NCBI GenBank assembly: GCA_900320485.1
Contig: ONSO01000002.1
Span: 1,187 to 65,186 of the forward strand
DNA: 64,000 nt
Direction: 5' to 3'
Source: an uncultured Lachnospiraceae bacterium
GTDB taxonomy: Bacteria > Bacillota > Clostridia > Lachnospirales > Lachnospiraceae
Under the pieces are notes generated by a model. It ran no database searches and was not told the origin of the DNA. It saw nothing but the letters and a program-made list of their open reading frames with translations. Shown here one piece after another: positions 7,623 to 16,053 of this stretch. Each line of letters begins with the position of its first letter. Position 1 is the first letter of the stretch. The position numbers and the translations under genes were made by a program.

Positions 7623-9323
7623 TTATTCCTCAAATGCCTGCGCCAGGTCTGCGATCAGATCCTTTGGATCCTCAAGTCCCGCGGAAAGACGCAGAACGCA
7701 GTCCGTAATGCCATTTGCGATCCTGACCTCCTCCGGTATGTCCGCGTGGGTTTGGGTCACGGGATACGTAAGCAGCGTTTCCACGCCTCCAAGACTCTCC
7801 GCAAAGGGAATCAGTTTTGTATGCTTCAAAATATGTTTTGCCAGTTCGCTGCTCTCCACCTCAAAGGTCAGCATGGCACCAAAGCCCGTAGCCTGTCTCT
7901 TACAGATCTCATGGCTTTCCGTTCCGGGAAGTCCGGGATAATAAACCTTCTTAACCCTGGGATGGCCCTGCAGGAAGTTCGCGATGGCCTTTGCATTGGC
8001 CTGTGCCTTCTCCATGCGGACGGGCAAGGTCTTGATCCCGCGAAGGATCAGCCAGCTGTCCATGGGTGCCAGTCCGGATCCCACGGTCTTGATGAGGAAC
8101 CGCATTCTCTCAGAGATTTCCTTGGAATTTGTAACCACAAAGCCTGCCAAAGTGTCATTGTGTCCTCCAAGGAATTTCGTGCCGCTGTGAATGACCACGT
8201 CCGCCCCAAGCTCCAACGGCTTTTGGAAGTAGGGGGATAAGAAGGTATTGTCTACAATGAGTAGCAGGCCGTGCTTCTTTGCAATCCGGGCAACCTTGCG
8301 TACGTCCGTTACGTTCATCATGGGGTTAGTCGGCGTTTCGATAAAGATGGCCTTTGTGTTTTCCTGAACGTAATCTTCAAGATCCACCTGACTGCAATTC
8401 ACGTGAGAAAAGGTGATGCCGTTCTTCTCGCTGACGTTGCGGAACAGCCTGATGCTTCCGCCGTAAAGGTCTGCTTCGGTGATCAGGTGATCTCCGGGTT
8501 TAAATAGCTCCATCAGTGCCGTTATTGCAGCCATGCCGGTGGAAAATGCCAGGGCGTCAATGCCGCCCTCCAGGGATGCCACAACCTTCTCCAGCTGTGC
8601 CCTGGTAGGGTTTTGCAATCTGCCGTAGTCAAAGCCAGTACTCTTCCCAACCTCAGGATGTGCATAGGTTGCAGTCTGATAAATGGGGAAGCTGATGGCG
8701 CCGGTTACGTCAGCCTTGGGTCTTTCGTGATCACCATAAATGCATTTGGTGGAAAATCCAAATTCCGCCTTCCCGGTCTCCTCCTTTGCGGACAAGGCTT
8801 CTGCCGCCGCCTCTTCCGATACCTCCAGATACTTTTCCACAAGAACGCATACAAAATCAGGCTTAAATCCGTCAGGTCGCTTGGGCCGGGGCGGACGGTT
8901 TTTCGCATGCACGTCATATTCATTGGGGGATATGTTGGGATTGTATACGTAGCCGCACTTTTCATAGAAGCCCTGGGCCCGGTCCTGGGCGGAAATGACG
9001 ACGTGAGAGATGCCCTTTTCAGCGATCCACTTTTCCGCCTCTTCGATCATGATGCGGCCGTATCCGCTCTTTTGTTTTTCCCGGATGGTGCAGACTCTCT
9101 CGATCTTTCCAATGCCGGGTCTGGGAAATGCAATGCGCAGTCCCGCCACGGGCTTATGATCCTCAATGATCAAAACGCCGTGAAAGTCTTCCTCCCCGCC
9201 ATCCCCAAGAAACTCCGTCTCCACGGGAATGTTCTGTCCAAAACAAAAGGCATCCGTCCTTACGTAGTTGTATGCATGAAACTGCCACTTGGGCGAATCC
9301 TTTGTCACTCTGTAAATCTCCAT
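7623..9323 (-). CDS. Fusion: N-terminal GNAT acetyltransferase (ElaA/YjcF-like) + cystathionine gamma-synthase/lyase (MetB/MetI family)
   Basis: aa 1-165: KIERVC..REKQKSGYG, SAQ..A.GFYEK.GY. aa ~190-566: PIYQTATY, YGRLQNPTR, IETPTNP, VDNTF, HSGTKFLGGH, ESLGGVETL. Confidence 0.88.
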   Translation of the reverse strand: MEIYRVTKDSPKWQFHAYNYVRTDAFCFGQNIPVETEFLGDGGEEDFHGVLIIEDHKPVAGLRIAFPRPGIGKIERVCTIREKQKSGYGRIMIEEAEKWIAEKGISHVVISAQDRAQGFYEKCGYVYNPNISPNEYDVHAKNRPPRPKRPDGFKPDFVCVLVEKYLEVSEEAAAEALSAKEETGKAEFGFSTKCIYGDHERPKADVTGAISFPIYQTATYAHPEVGKSTGFDYGRLQNPTRAQLEKVVASLEGGIDALAFSTGMAAITALMELFKPGDHLITEADLYGGSIRLFRNVSEKNGITFSHVNCSQVDLEDYVQENTKAIFIETPTNPMMNVTDVRKVARIAKKHGLLLIVDNTFLSPYFQKPLELGADVVIHSGTKFLGGHNDTLAGFVVTNSKEISERMRFLIKTVGSGLAPMDSWLILRGIKTLPVRMEKAQANAKAIANFLQGHPRVKKVYYPGLPGTESHEICKRQATGFGAMLTFEVESSELAKHILKHTKLIPFAESLGGVETLLTYPVTQTHADIPEEVRIANGITDCVLRLSAGLEDPKDLIADLAQAFEE

Positions 9324-9339
9324 TGCTCTCTCCTTCCTT

Positions 9340-10275
9340 CTACTCCCATTTGATCAGAGCGCGTTCTGCCTTTCCCACGGCCAGATCGATCAAGGTCGTG
9401 ATCAGTCCGACGGTGACAATGCCTGCCAGAACGCATCTGTAATCCGCAAAGCTTTTGTATTTTTCGATAAAGTATCCGATTCCTAAGTTGATGCCCAGCA
9501 TTTCTGCGCCGGACAGGCACATAAAGGCCCCCCGCAGGCTCTTGGAAATGCTTTTGATAATGCCGGGCAGGCAGTAGGGAAAGATGACCTTTCCAAGCAT
9601 GCCAAGGGTTCCGACTCCCATGGTCCTTGCCGCTTCGATGATCTGACGGTCGATCTGCCCCACTCTCACCACGGTTCCCTGAAAGGTAGGCCAGAATACC
9701 GCAAAGAAAATTACGGCGATGGCTGCCTGACGGAAGGTGGAAAAGATCATGATGAGATACGCCGAAAACATCAGGGGCGGGATCAGGGTGATCACGTTGG
9801 AAATGGGAAGAAGCACTTCCCGGATCCTGGGGATCCAGCCGGCCAACAGCCCCAGCAGCGTTCCCAATATGGCTGCCAGCAAAAAGCCCCAAAACAGGAG
9901 CTGCAGGGAACCCCAGACGTCCTTTAGGATCTCGGGTGTTTTCTCCACAAATACGTGAAACAATCCTTCCGGTGAAGGTAACAAAAGGTCATTGTGGATC
10001 CATCCCAGCTTATATGCCACTTCCCACAGAATGAAAAATCCAAACACCGTCACTGCCAGATCGTTGGCACTTTTTTTCTTGGAAGCAAACAGGCATGGCA
10101 CGTAAATGACGTAGGCGCCAAGAATGACAACAATATAGGCGGCGCTGTCATAATAGACCTTGTGGGGCGTAAAATAGGGAAACGTCAGGGTTAATGCGAC
10201 GTTGACGGCCATCAGGACGGTTGCGACCGCAAATTCAAGATACGCCCCTTTGTCCAGTTGAAAAAATCGCTTCAT
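9340..10275 (-). CDS. ABC transporter permease (SsuC/TauC/NitT family)
   Basis: LLPSP, EAARTMG, AEML...GIGY; hydrophobic. Confidence 0.88.
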   Translation of the reverse strand: MKRFFQLDKGAYLEFAVATVLMAVNVALTLTFPYFTPHKVYYDSAAYIVVILGAYVIYVPCLFASKKKSANDLAVTVFGFFILWEVAYKLGWIHNDLLLPSPEGLFHVFVEKTPEILKDVWGSLQLLFWGFLLAAILGTLLGLLAGWIPRIREVLLPISNVITLIPPLMFSAYLIMIFSTFRQAAIAVIFFAVFWPTFQGTVVRVGQIDRQIIEAARTMGVGTLGMLGKVIFPYCLPGIIKSISKSLRGAFMCLSGAEMLGINLGIGYFIEKYKSFADYRCVLAGIVTVGLITTLIDLAVGKAERALIKWE

Positions 10276-11090
10276 AGTGCAACCTCCGCGTCGATCTCTT
10301 CCTCAACCTGATCATAGAAGGCCGAGATCAACTGTCTGTGCAATTTTTCGTATTCCTCCGTCCCTGCCAGTTCCTCCCGGACTCTTGGATGAGGAAGGCG
10401 GACCTTCAGGATGCTCCGGATCCTTCCGGGTTCCATGACAACGATCCTGTCGGCAAGAAGTATGGCCTCATCAACGTCGTGCGTGATAAAGACCACGGTT
10501 TTTTTATGCTCCGCGCAAAGCTTGGATACAAGCTCCTGAAGCTCTAAACGAAGCCTCGGGTCAATGGCTCCAAAGGGCTCATCCATGAGCAGAACGTCAG
10601 ATTCCAGTGCGAGAGCCCTTGCCACGGCCACGCGCTGCTTCATGCCGCCGGAGAGCTGGCTGGGATATCGGTCCTTGGCCCCCGAGAGCCCAACGCTTTC
10701 CACGTACGACTCTGCCAGTTCCATGCGCTGCGCCCGCCCAAGCTTTCTCCCGCTCTGCCTGATTCCAAAAAGCACGTTGCCCTTTACCGTGAGCCATGGA
10801 AAAAGTGAGTATTGCTGGAACACGACGGCACGGTCAGTGCCGGGGCCTTTGACGTGACGGCCATCCAGCAAAATCTCTCCGGCGCTTGGCTTATGGAGTC
10901 CTGCAAGAAGGCTGAGAAGCGTTGATTTCCCGCATCCGGATGCCCCTAATATGCAGATGAATTCCCCTTCCCGTATCTTAAGGTCTACGCTCCGCAATGC
11001 CGCAAATTTCGTCTTCTTGTCCTCATAGTCAAAGGACACGTTCCTTACTTCGATCTTATATGCAGCTTGTGTTTCCTGATGCTCACTCAT
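10272..11090 (-). CDS. ABC transporter ATP-binding protein (SsuB/TauB family)
   Basis: GASGCGKS, VFQQYSLFPWLTV, LSGGMKQR, MDEPFGA. Confidence 0.92.
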   Translation of the reverse strand: MSEHQETQAAYKIEVRNVSFDYEDKKTKFAALRSVDLKIREGEFICILGASGCGKSTLLSLLAGLHKPSAGEILLDGRHVKGPGTDRAVVFQQYSLFPWLTVKGNVLFGIRQSGRKLGRAQRMELAESYVESVGLSGAKDRYPSQLSGGMKQRVAVARALALESDVLLMDEPFGAIDPRLRLELQELVSKLCAEHKKTVVFITHDVDEAILLADRIVVMEPGRIRSILKVRLPHPRVREELAGTEEYEKLHRQLISAFYDQVEEEIDAEVAL

Positions 11091-11111
11091 GCTTACTACT
11101 CCCTTTTTTGT

Positions 11112-12044
11112 TTATCCTTCTTCGTAAAGTGGCGTGGACAGGTATCTTTCTCCGCTGTCCGGAAGAATGACTGCAATGACCTTCCCTTTGTATTCCGGGC
11201 GCTTTGCCAGCTTCTCCGCCGCCCAAAGTGCGGCGCCGGAGGAAATGCCTGCAAGAACGCCTTCCGTTTTGGCAAGCCTGTTGGCTGCATCCAATGCCTC
11301 CTCCGTAGTCACGGCAATTACGTCATCATACACCTCCGTGTCCAGGGTGTAGGGAATAAATCCCGCGCCAAGTCCCTGCAGCTTATGGGAACCTGCACGC
11401 CCTTCCGATAATACGGGGGAATCCTTAGGTTCCACCGCAACCACCTGAATGCCCGGCTGTACTTCCTTTAAGTATCTGCCTGCCCCGGACAAGGTTCCGC
11501 CCGTCCCGACGCCTGCCACAAATACGTCCACGTGATGATCGCTGTCCTTCCAGATCTCGGGTCCCGTGGTCTCATAATGTGCCTTGGGATTGGACGAATT
11601 GGTAAACTGCCCCGGAATAAAACCATGGGGAATGGTTTCTGCCAATTCCTTCGCCTTTGCTATGGCGGCTTTCATGCCTCCCTTTCCCTCCGTGAGCACA
11701 AGCTCCGCGCCATAGGCCTTAAGCACGTTGCGTCTCTCCTCGCTCATGGTATCCGGCATGACTATGATGACGCGATATCCCTTTGATGCCGCAACGGCTG
11801 CAAGCCCGATCCCCGTATTGCCGCTGGTAGGTTCAATGATCACGGAATCCTTCTTCAAAAGGCCTTTCTCTTCCGCATCCCTGATCATGTACAGGGCGAT
11901 CCTGTCCTTAATGCTGCCTGCAGGATTATACCATTCCAGCTTTGCCAATATTTCCGCATGCAAGCCGTATTTTTTTTGGTATCTGCCAAGCCGAAGCAGT
12001 GGCGTACCACCGATCAGTTCCGATATTGTTTCAACTCGCTTCAC
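11112..12044 (-). CDS. cysK: Cysteine synthase A (O-acetylserine sulfhydrylase)
   Basis: [48 protein letters not shown]. Likely start GTG 12044 after RBS GGGGAGG (track start 12080). Confidence 0.93.
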   Translation of the reverse strand: MKRVETISELIGGTPLLRLGRYQKKYGLHAEILAKLEWYNPAGSIKDRIALYMIRDAEEKGLLKKDSVIIEPTSGNTGIGLAAVAASKGYRVIIVMPDTMSEERRNVLKAYGAELVLTEGKGGMKAAIAKAKELAETIPHGFIPGQFTNSSNPKAHYETTGPEIWKDSDHHVDVFVAGVGTGGTLSGAGRYLKEVQPGIQVVAVEPKDSPVLSEGRAGSHKLQGLGAGFIPYTLDTEVYDDVIAVTTEEALDAANRLAKTEGVLAGISSGAALWAAEKLAKRPEYKGKVIAVILPDSGERYLSTPLYEEG

Positions 12045-12070
12045 GTCTGCCTCCCCGTCTTCCATGGATC

Positions 12071-13006
12071 TTATGCCCATGCGAAAAGATCACTGGACAA
12101 ATATTTATTTCCTCCGTCAGGAAATAGTACCACAATGTTTTTCCCTTCATTCTCAGGCCGTCTGCCCAGTTCCACGGCCGCCCATAGTGCCGCACCTGCG
12201 CTGATGCCGATCAAGAGGCCCTCCTTTTTGGGGCATAGCCTTGCATAGGAATAGGCATTCTCGTCGGTACACAAAAGAATCTCCTTATAGAGCGAAAGAT
12301 CCGTAATGGGACAGATGGCTCCGCCTCCAATGCCTTGGATCTTATGAGGTCCGGGCTCCCCGCCGTTTAACACGGGGCATCCGGCAGGCTCCACGCCATA
12401 GATCTCCACGTCCGGATTTTGTTCCTTCAGATATCTTCCTATGCCGCCGGAGGTGCCGCTGGTCCCCACCGCAGCCACAAATATGTCTACCTGCCCCTGC
12501 ATGGCCTTCCAGATCTCAGGCCCCGTGGTCAGGTAATGGGTCTCCGGATGATGAGGGTTTTCTCCCTGTGCAGGGCGAAATGCCCCGGGTATGGACTCGA
12601 CAAGCTCCACCGCTTTTTTGCCGCCTCCCCCAAAACCATTCGCCTTTGGCGTCAACACCACCTCGGCGCCATAAGCTTTCAGGATCTTGATCTTTTCCTT
12701 ACTTGCTCCTTCGGCCATGCAGAGAATGGCGGGGTGATCTTTCACCGCACAGGCCAGTGCCACGCCTATCCCAGTGTTACCGGAGCTTCCCTCCACAACG
12801 GTTCCGCCCGGCTTAAGCTTCCCCTCTTTTTCCGCGACCTCGATCATGTGAAGCGCCGCCCGGTCCTTGACGCTTCCGCCCGGATTAAAGCTTTCCACCT
12901 TTGCATATAGCCTTGCCTTCGACCGGGTTTCCTTTTCGATCTGATTTAAGTGGAGGATGGGCGTATTGCCCACCAGCTCCAAAACGTTATCATAGATCCG
13001 CCCCAT
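12071..13006 (-). CDS. Diverged cysteine synthase family PLP enzyme (second CysK paralogue)
   Basis: [29 protein letters not shown]. Several canonical CysK residues are altered. Confidence 0.88.
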   Translation of the reverse strand: MGRIYDNVLELVGNTPILHLNQIEKETRSKARLYAKVESFNPGGSVKDRAALHMIEVAEKEGKLKPGGTVVEGSSGNTGIGVALACAVKDHPAILCMAEGASKEKIKILKAYGAEVVLTPKANGFGGGGKKAVELVESIPGAFRPAQGENPHHPETHYLTTGPEIWKAMQGQVDIFVAAVGTSGTSGGIGRYLKEQNPDVEIYGVEPAGCPVLNGGEPGPHKIQGIGGGAICPITDLSLYKEILLCTDENAYSYARLCPKKEGLLIGISAGAALWAAVELGRRPENEGKNIVVLFPDGGNKYLSSDLFAWA

Positions 13007-13018
13007 TTTCAAACCTCT

Positions 13019-14254
13019 CTAATTTGCTTCATCAAACTGTTTCTGAAGATCCTTGTAAAATGCATTGTCGGGATTCGCTTCGATCAGCTGCCTTAATGCC
13101 TGCTGATAAGCCGAAACGTCAACGTTCTGCGTAATGTCATAGCTTCCAAAATCTACTGCATTGCCGGAAAACACGCCGGAATTATATGCAGCCTTGACGT
13201 ATTTCTGAATTCCTGCGGTATTGGGATCCACGGCAAATTTCGTAACGCCGCCGTACAGGTAGGTCTCCACGTAATCCTCTTCCTTGCCGGAATACTCTGC
13301 TACCGTCTTAACAACGTCCTTCTTAATGCTCTCATCCGTTTCCCCTTGCTTATAGTACTCAAAGGCGCGGATCCTTGCGGTTTCGTATGCCACAAAGGAA
13401 TCATACTTTTCAGTCAGGCAACTTTTGGAGGTCACTTCACGGCAGCATACGTAATCCGGAGAAAGATCTCCCGCAGCGGCTACCACCTCAAGATCATAGG
13501 CATCTGCATAAAGAAGCGCAAACTCCATGGGAAGGAAACCTAATTCCACTTCGCCCTTCTGTACGGCCTGAGCGGTTGCCGTCTGGTCTGCATAATAGGA
13601 AATGTGTCCCGTGGATTCATTTTCCACTGCCTCGATCACGTCTGCGCTTACGCCATTGTCCAAAAGATACTGTCTTGTAATGATCCAGGCAGCCTCATTG
13701 CGGGCAAAACCAAGCTTAGCTTCCGTTACTGCCTCAAGATTCAAAAGAGTGCCGTTCCCCTTAAACTTTTCCGCGTTTCCTTTCTTTGAGATCACCGCGC
13801 CGCCTTCAACGGCCGTTCCGGCAACAAAGGCAAGATCATATCCCGCGCCGATGGCCTGAACGTCTGCCACAAAACCTGCCGTCAGAATATCCAGTGCGCC
13901 GTTTCCCTCATTGATGGCGGTCAGGGCGTCATTTCCTCCGACGGCCACGGGGTTCACGGTAAGTCCCTCCGCTTCAAAATAGCCTTTTTTCAGCGCCAGA
14001 ATGTCAATGGTCACGCGAATGTTTCCTGCCGGATAGGACACGTTCAGGGGAACAAGGGCTTTTGTCTCCGATCCGCCGACGTTTGATGCATTTGCGTTGC
14101 TTGACGCAGCAGTGCTTACGTTTTCCACGCTGCCTGAATTTGCTCCGCTTTCACTTGAAGCAATGCTTCCCTGCACGCCACATCCGGCCAACGTACCCGC
14201 TGCCAGCAGGACTCCTGCCAATAAGTAATTCCATCTTCTTCCAAACTTTTTCAT
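13019..14254 (-). CDS. ABC substrate-binding lipoprotein (SsuA/NMT1-like)
   Basis: Lipobox LAGC, Ser/Asn-rich linker, A..KGYFEAEGL.V motif; same operon as ssuBC-like genes. Confidence 0.82.
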   Translation of the reverse strand: MKKFGRRWNYLLAGVLLAAGTLAGCGVQGSIASSESGANSGSVENVSTAASSNANASNVGGSETKALVPLNVSYPAGNIRVTIDILALKKGYFEAEGLTVNPVAVGGNDALTAINEGNGALDILTAGFVADVQAIGAGYDLAFVAGTAVEGGAVISKKGNAEKFKGNGTLLNLEAVTEAKLGFARNEAAWIITRQYLLDNGVSADVIEAVENESTGHISYYADQTATAQAVQKGEVELGFLPMEFALLYADAYDLEVVAAAGDLSPDYVCCREVTSKSCLTEKYDSFVAYETARIRAFEYYKQGETDESIKKDVVKTVAEYSGKEEDYVETYLYGGVTKFAVDPNTAGIQKYVKAAYNSGVFSGNAVDFGSYDITQNVDVSAYQQALRQLIEANPDNAFYKDLQKQFDEAN

Positions 14255-14280
14255 AATCTCTCTCCTCAACCTTTCTTTTT

Positions 14281-15426
14281 TTAATTTGATCGTGTCATTA
14301 TTCGCAGCGTTACCTGAGCAGCCCTAGTGAGCTCAGGCACCGTTGTATACTCATCCGTGCCGTGGCAATTCTCCATGGCACATGCCAGGACAATGGTATC
14401 TATGCCATTGGCATTCAGCCTGTTGGCATCACTTCCGCCATAGGTAGTGATGCACTGCGCCTTCCTTTCCGGAAGAACCTCTTGCACTGCTTTCAGAAAC
14501 CTTTGTACGACGCTCTTTTCTTCCCTTAGTCCATAGGAGCGAATGTGTTCTTCCACGTGAAGCTGAACGCTTCCTCCGTATTTTTTTGCCGCCTTTTCAA
14601 AGATCTTCCGGATCAGATCCGCCTCGCAAAGGGCTTTCTCATGATCCAGGCATCGGATCTCTCCTTCCAACAGGATTTCCTCCGGGACAACGTTCCGGCC
14701 ACTCCCGCCGCGGATGGTTCCAAAATTCACGGTCAGATCCTCTGCGACCCGTCCCGTCCTTATGTTGGCAAGGGCGTCCGCCGCTATGCTCAGGGCATTG
14801 ATCCCTTTTTCCGGGGCAAACCCTGCATGAGCTGCCTTGCCCCGTATGTCCGCTTTTAAGGAAAGAATGGAGGGGGCTGCCGTTGCCGCCGTTCCCACGG
14901 GGCCGTCCAGATCAAGTACGTAGCCCTCCTTCGCCTTCAGCCTGTCATATTCCACAAATCTGCTTCCCGAACAATAGGGTTCCTCCGCCACCGTGATCAG
15001 AATTTCCAGATCCGGATGGGATAAGCCTTCTTCCCTGATCACCGTCAGGGCTTCAAGGATGGAGGCAAGTCCTGATACGTCATCCGCCCCCAGCACCGTC
15101 GTTCCGTCCGAGGTGATCCTTCCGTCCTCCTGCAAAATGGCTTTCTTTCCCATTCCCGGACTGACCGTGTCAAGGTGTGCCGAAAACAGGATGGGAGCAC
15201 CCGGAAGATCTCCCTTGAGATAAGCATAAAGGTTGGATCCCGTTTTTTCTCTGGAAGGATCCTCCTCAAGGAGTTTTTGTCTCGCGTTATCTTCCTCCAC
15301 CTGAAGGCCAAGGCTCTGAAGTTTTTCTTTTACGTAGGCGCTGATCTCCCGCTCCTGAAAGGACGGGGCGTCAAAAGAAGTCAGCCTCACAAATTCATGA
15401 ACCAATCTTTGGGTATCTACGCTCAT
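14281..15426 (-). CDS. M20 family metallo-hydrolase (peptidase T-like, YqjE type)
   Basis: SAHLDTV, LGADD.SG, TVAEE, GKAAHAG..PEKGI, GGSDAN, H...E. Confidence 0.9.
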   Translation of the reverse strand: MSVDTQRLVHEFVRLTSFDAPSFQEREISAYVKEKLQSLGLQVEEDNARQKLLEEDPSREKTGSNLYAYLKGDLPGAPILFSAHLDTVSPGMGKKAILQEDGRITSDGTTVLGADDVSGLASILEALTVIREEGLSHPDLEILITVAEEPYCSGSRFVEYDRLKAKEGYVLDLDGPVGTAATAAPSILSLKADIRGKAAHAGFAPEKGINALSIAADALANIRTGRVAEDLTVNFGTIRGGSGRNVVPEEILLEGEIRCLDHEKALCEADLIRKIFEKAAKKYGGSVQLHVEEHIRSYGLREEKSVVQRFLKAVQEVLPERKAQCITTYGGSDANRLNANGIDTIVLACAMENCHGTDEYTTVPELTRAAQVTLRIMTRSN

Positions 15427-15476
15427 ATGCATTCTCCTTCATAATCCTTTAATCAAGCTCGGCAACGAGTTCCCGA

Positions 15477-15668
15477 GTGTCGCGGCGTTCGTCGAATGCG
15501 ACACGCTTTCGCGTGGCCTCCGCTTGGTACCGGGCTCTTGCTCATGCAAGCATGGCTCGCGCCCGGTGTCGCGGCGTTCGTCGAATGCGACACGCTTTCG
15601 CGTGGTCTCCGCTTGGTACCGGGCTCTTGCTCATGCAAGCATGGCTCGCGCCCGGTACCAGGCGGAGT
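15477..15668. repeat. Tandem duplication of an 89-bp GC-rich multi-hairpin (REP-like) unit
   Basis: Copies start at 15477 and 15566 and differ by about one base. Internal stems GTGTCGC/GCGACAC and CTCCGCTTGGTACCGGGC/GCCCGGTACCAGGCGGAG. Confidence 0.85.
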
Positions 15669-15696
15669 CCTCCCGCATTCTCCTCACTGCTCGCGC

Positions 15697-15721
15697 AAAA
15701 AAAGGAGCCTGTGTAGGCTCC
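15697..15721 (-). terminator. Intrinsic terminator (attenuator) in the leader of the cysteine operon
   Basis: mRNA GGAGCCT-ACAC-AGGCTCC-T7. Confidence 0.85.
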
Positions 15722-15746
15722 CGGGCAAATGGCACGCAACGTTTCT

Positions 15747-15872
15747 CTAGCTTAGCGTTGTATCAGGACGCGCGGACATGCGTTCGAACGCCCCAGCCAC
15801 TTTGTATGCCCGGGATTTCTGCATTCGACAACACATTCCTGATTTCCATCCGTAATTCCAAGCAAGAAACAT
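15747..15872 (-). CDS. Leader peptide, 41 aa, with Met-Cys-Cys (MFLAWNYGWKSGMCCRMQKSRAYKVAGAFERMSARPDTTLS)
   Basis: Hand translation; strong RBS AAAGGAGGT; tandem TGT TGT at 15828-15833; stop ~25 nt before the terminator. Confidence 0.75.
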   Translation of the reverse strand: MFLAWNYGWKSGMCCRMQKSRAYKVAGAFERMSARPDTTLS

Positions 15873-15904
15873 TTCCGTACCTCCTTTTTCTTTGTGATAG
15901 GCAT

Positions 15905-15933
15905 ATATTATCATTCATTTCCTACTTTGTCAA
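15905..15933 (-). promoter_or_regulatory. Sigma-A type promoter of the cysteine operon
   Basis: TTGACA-17 bp-TAATAT with extended -10 TGn. Confidence 0.7.
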
Positions 15934-15992
15934 TAGGTTTAATAGCAATTATAGGAAAATTATTTTAAAACTTGCGCCCGGCAGCAATGCAC

Positions 15993-16024
15993 AAAAAAAG
16001 CGGCGCCCGCATAAGCACCGCTTT
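15993..16024 (-). terminator. Intrinsic terminator after copA
   Basis: mRNA AAAGCGGTGC...GCGCCGCTTT running into a T tract. Confidence 0.7.
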
Positions 16025-16053
16025 CTCATTAATTACCATACTGCACCGTTTGA

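Noticed and set aside
15490-15830. 9-nt complementarity between the 89-bp repeat (GCATTCGAC in mRNA) and the leader's Cys-codon region
   Set aside because: Too short to distinguish from chance, and the repeat is transcribed only after the attenuation decision.
15670-15900. T-box or SAM-I riboswitch in the sulfur-operon leaders (also 5140-5420)
   Set aside because: No T-box GGTGGNACCGCG-type or S-box ATCNAGAG-type consensus found by eye; an Rfam scan should confirm.
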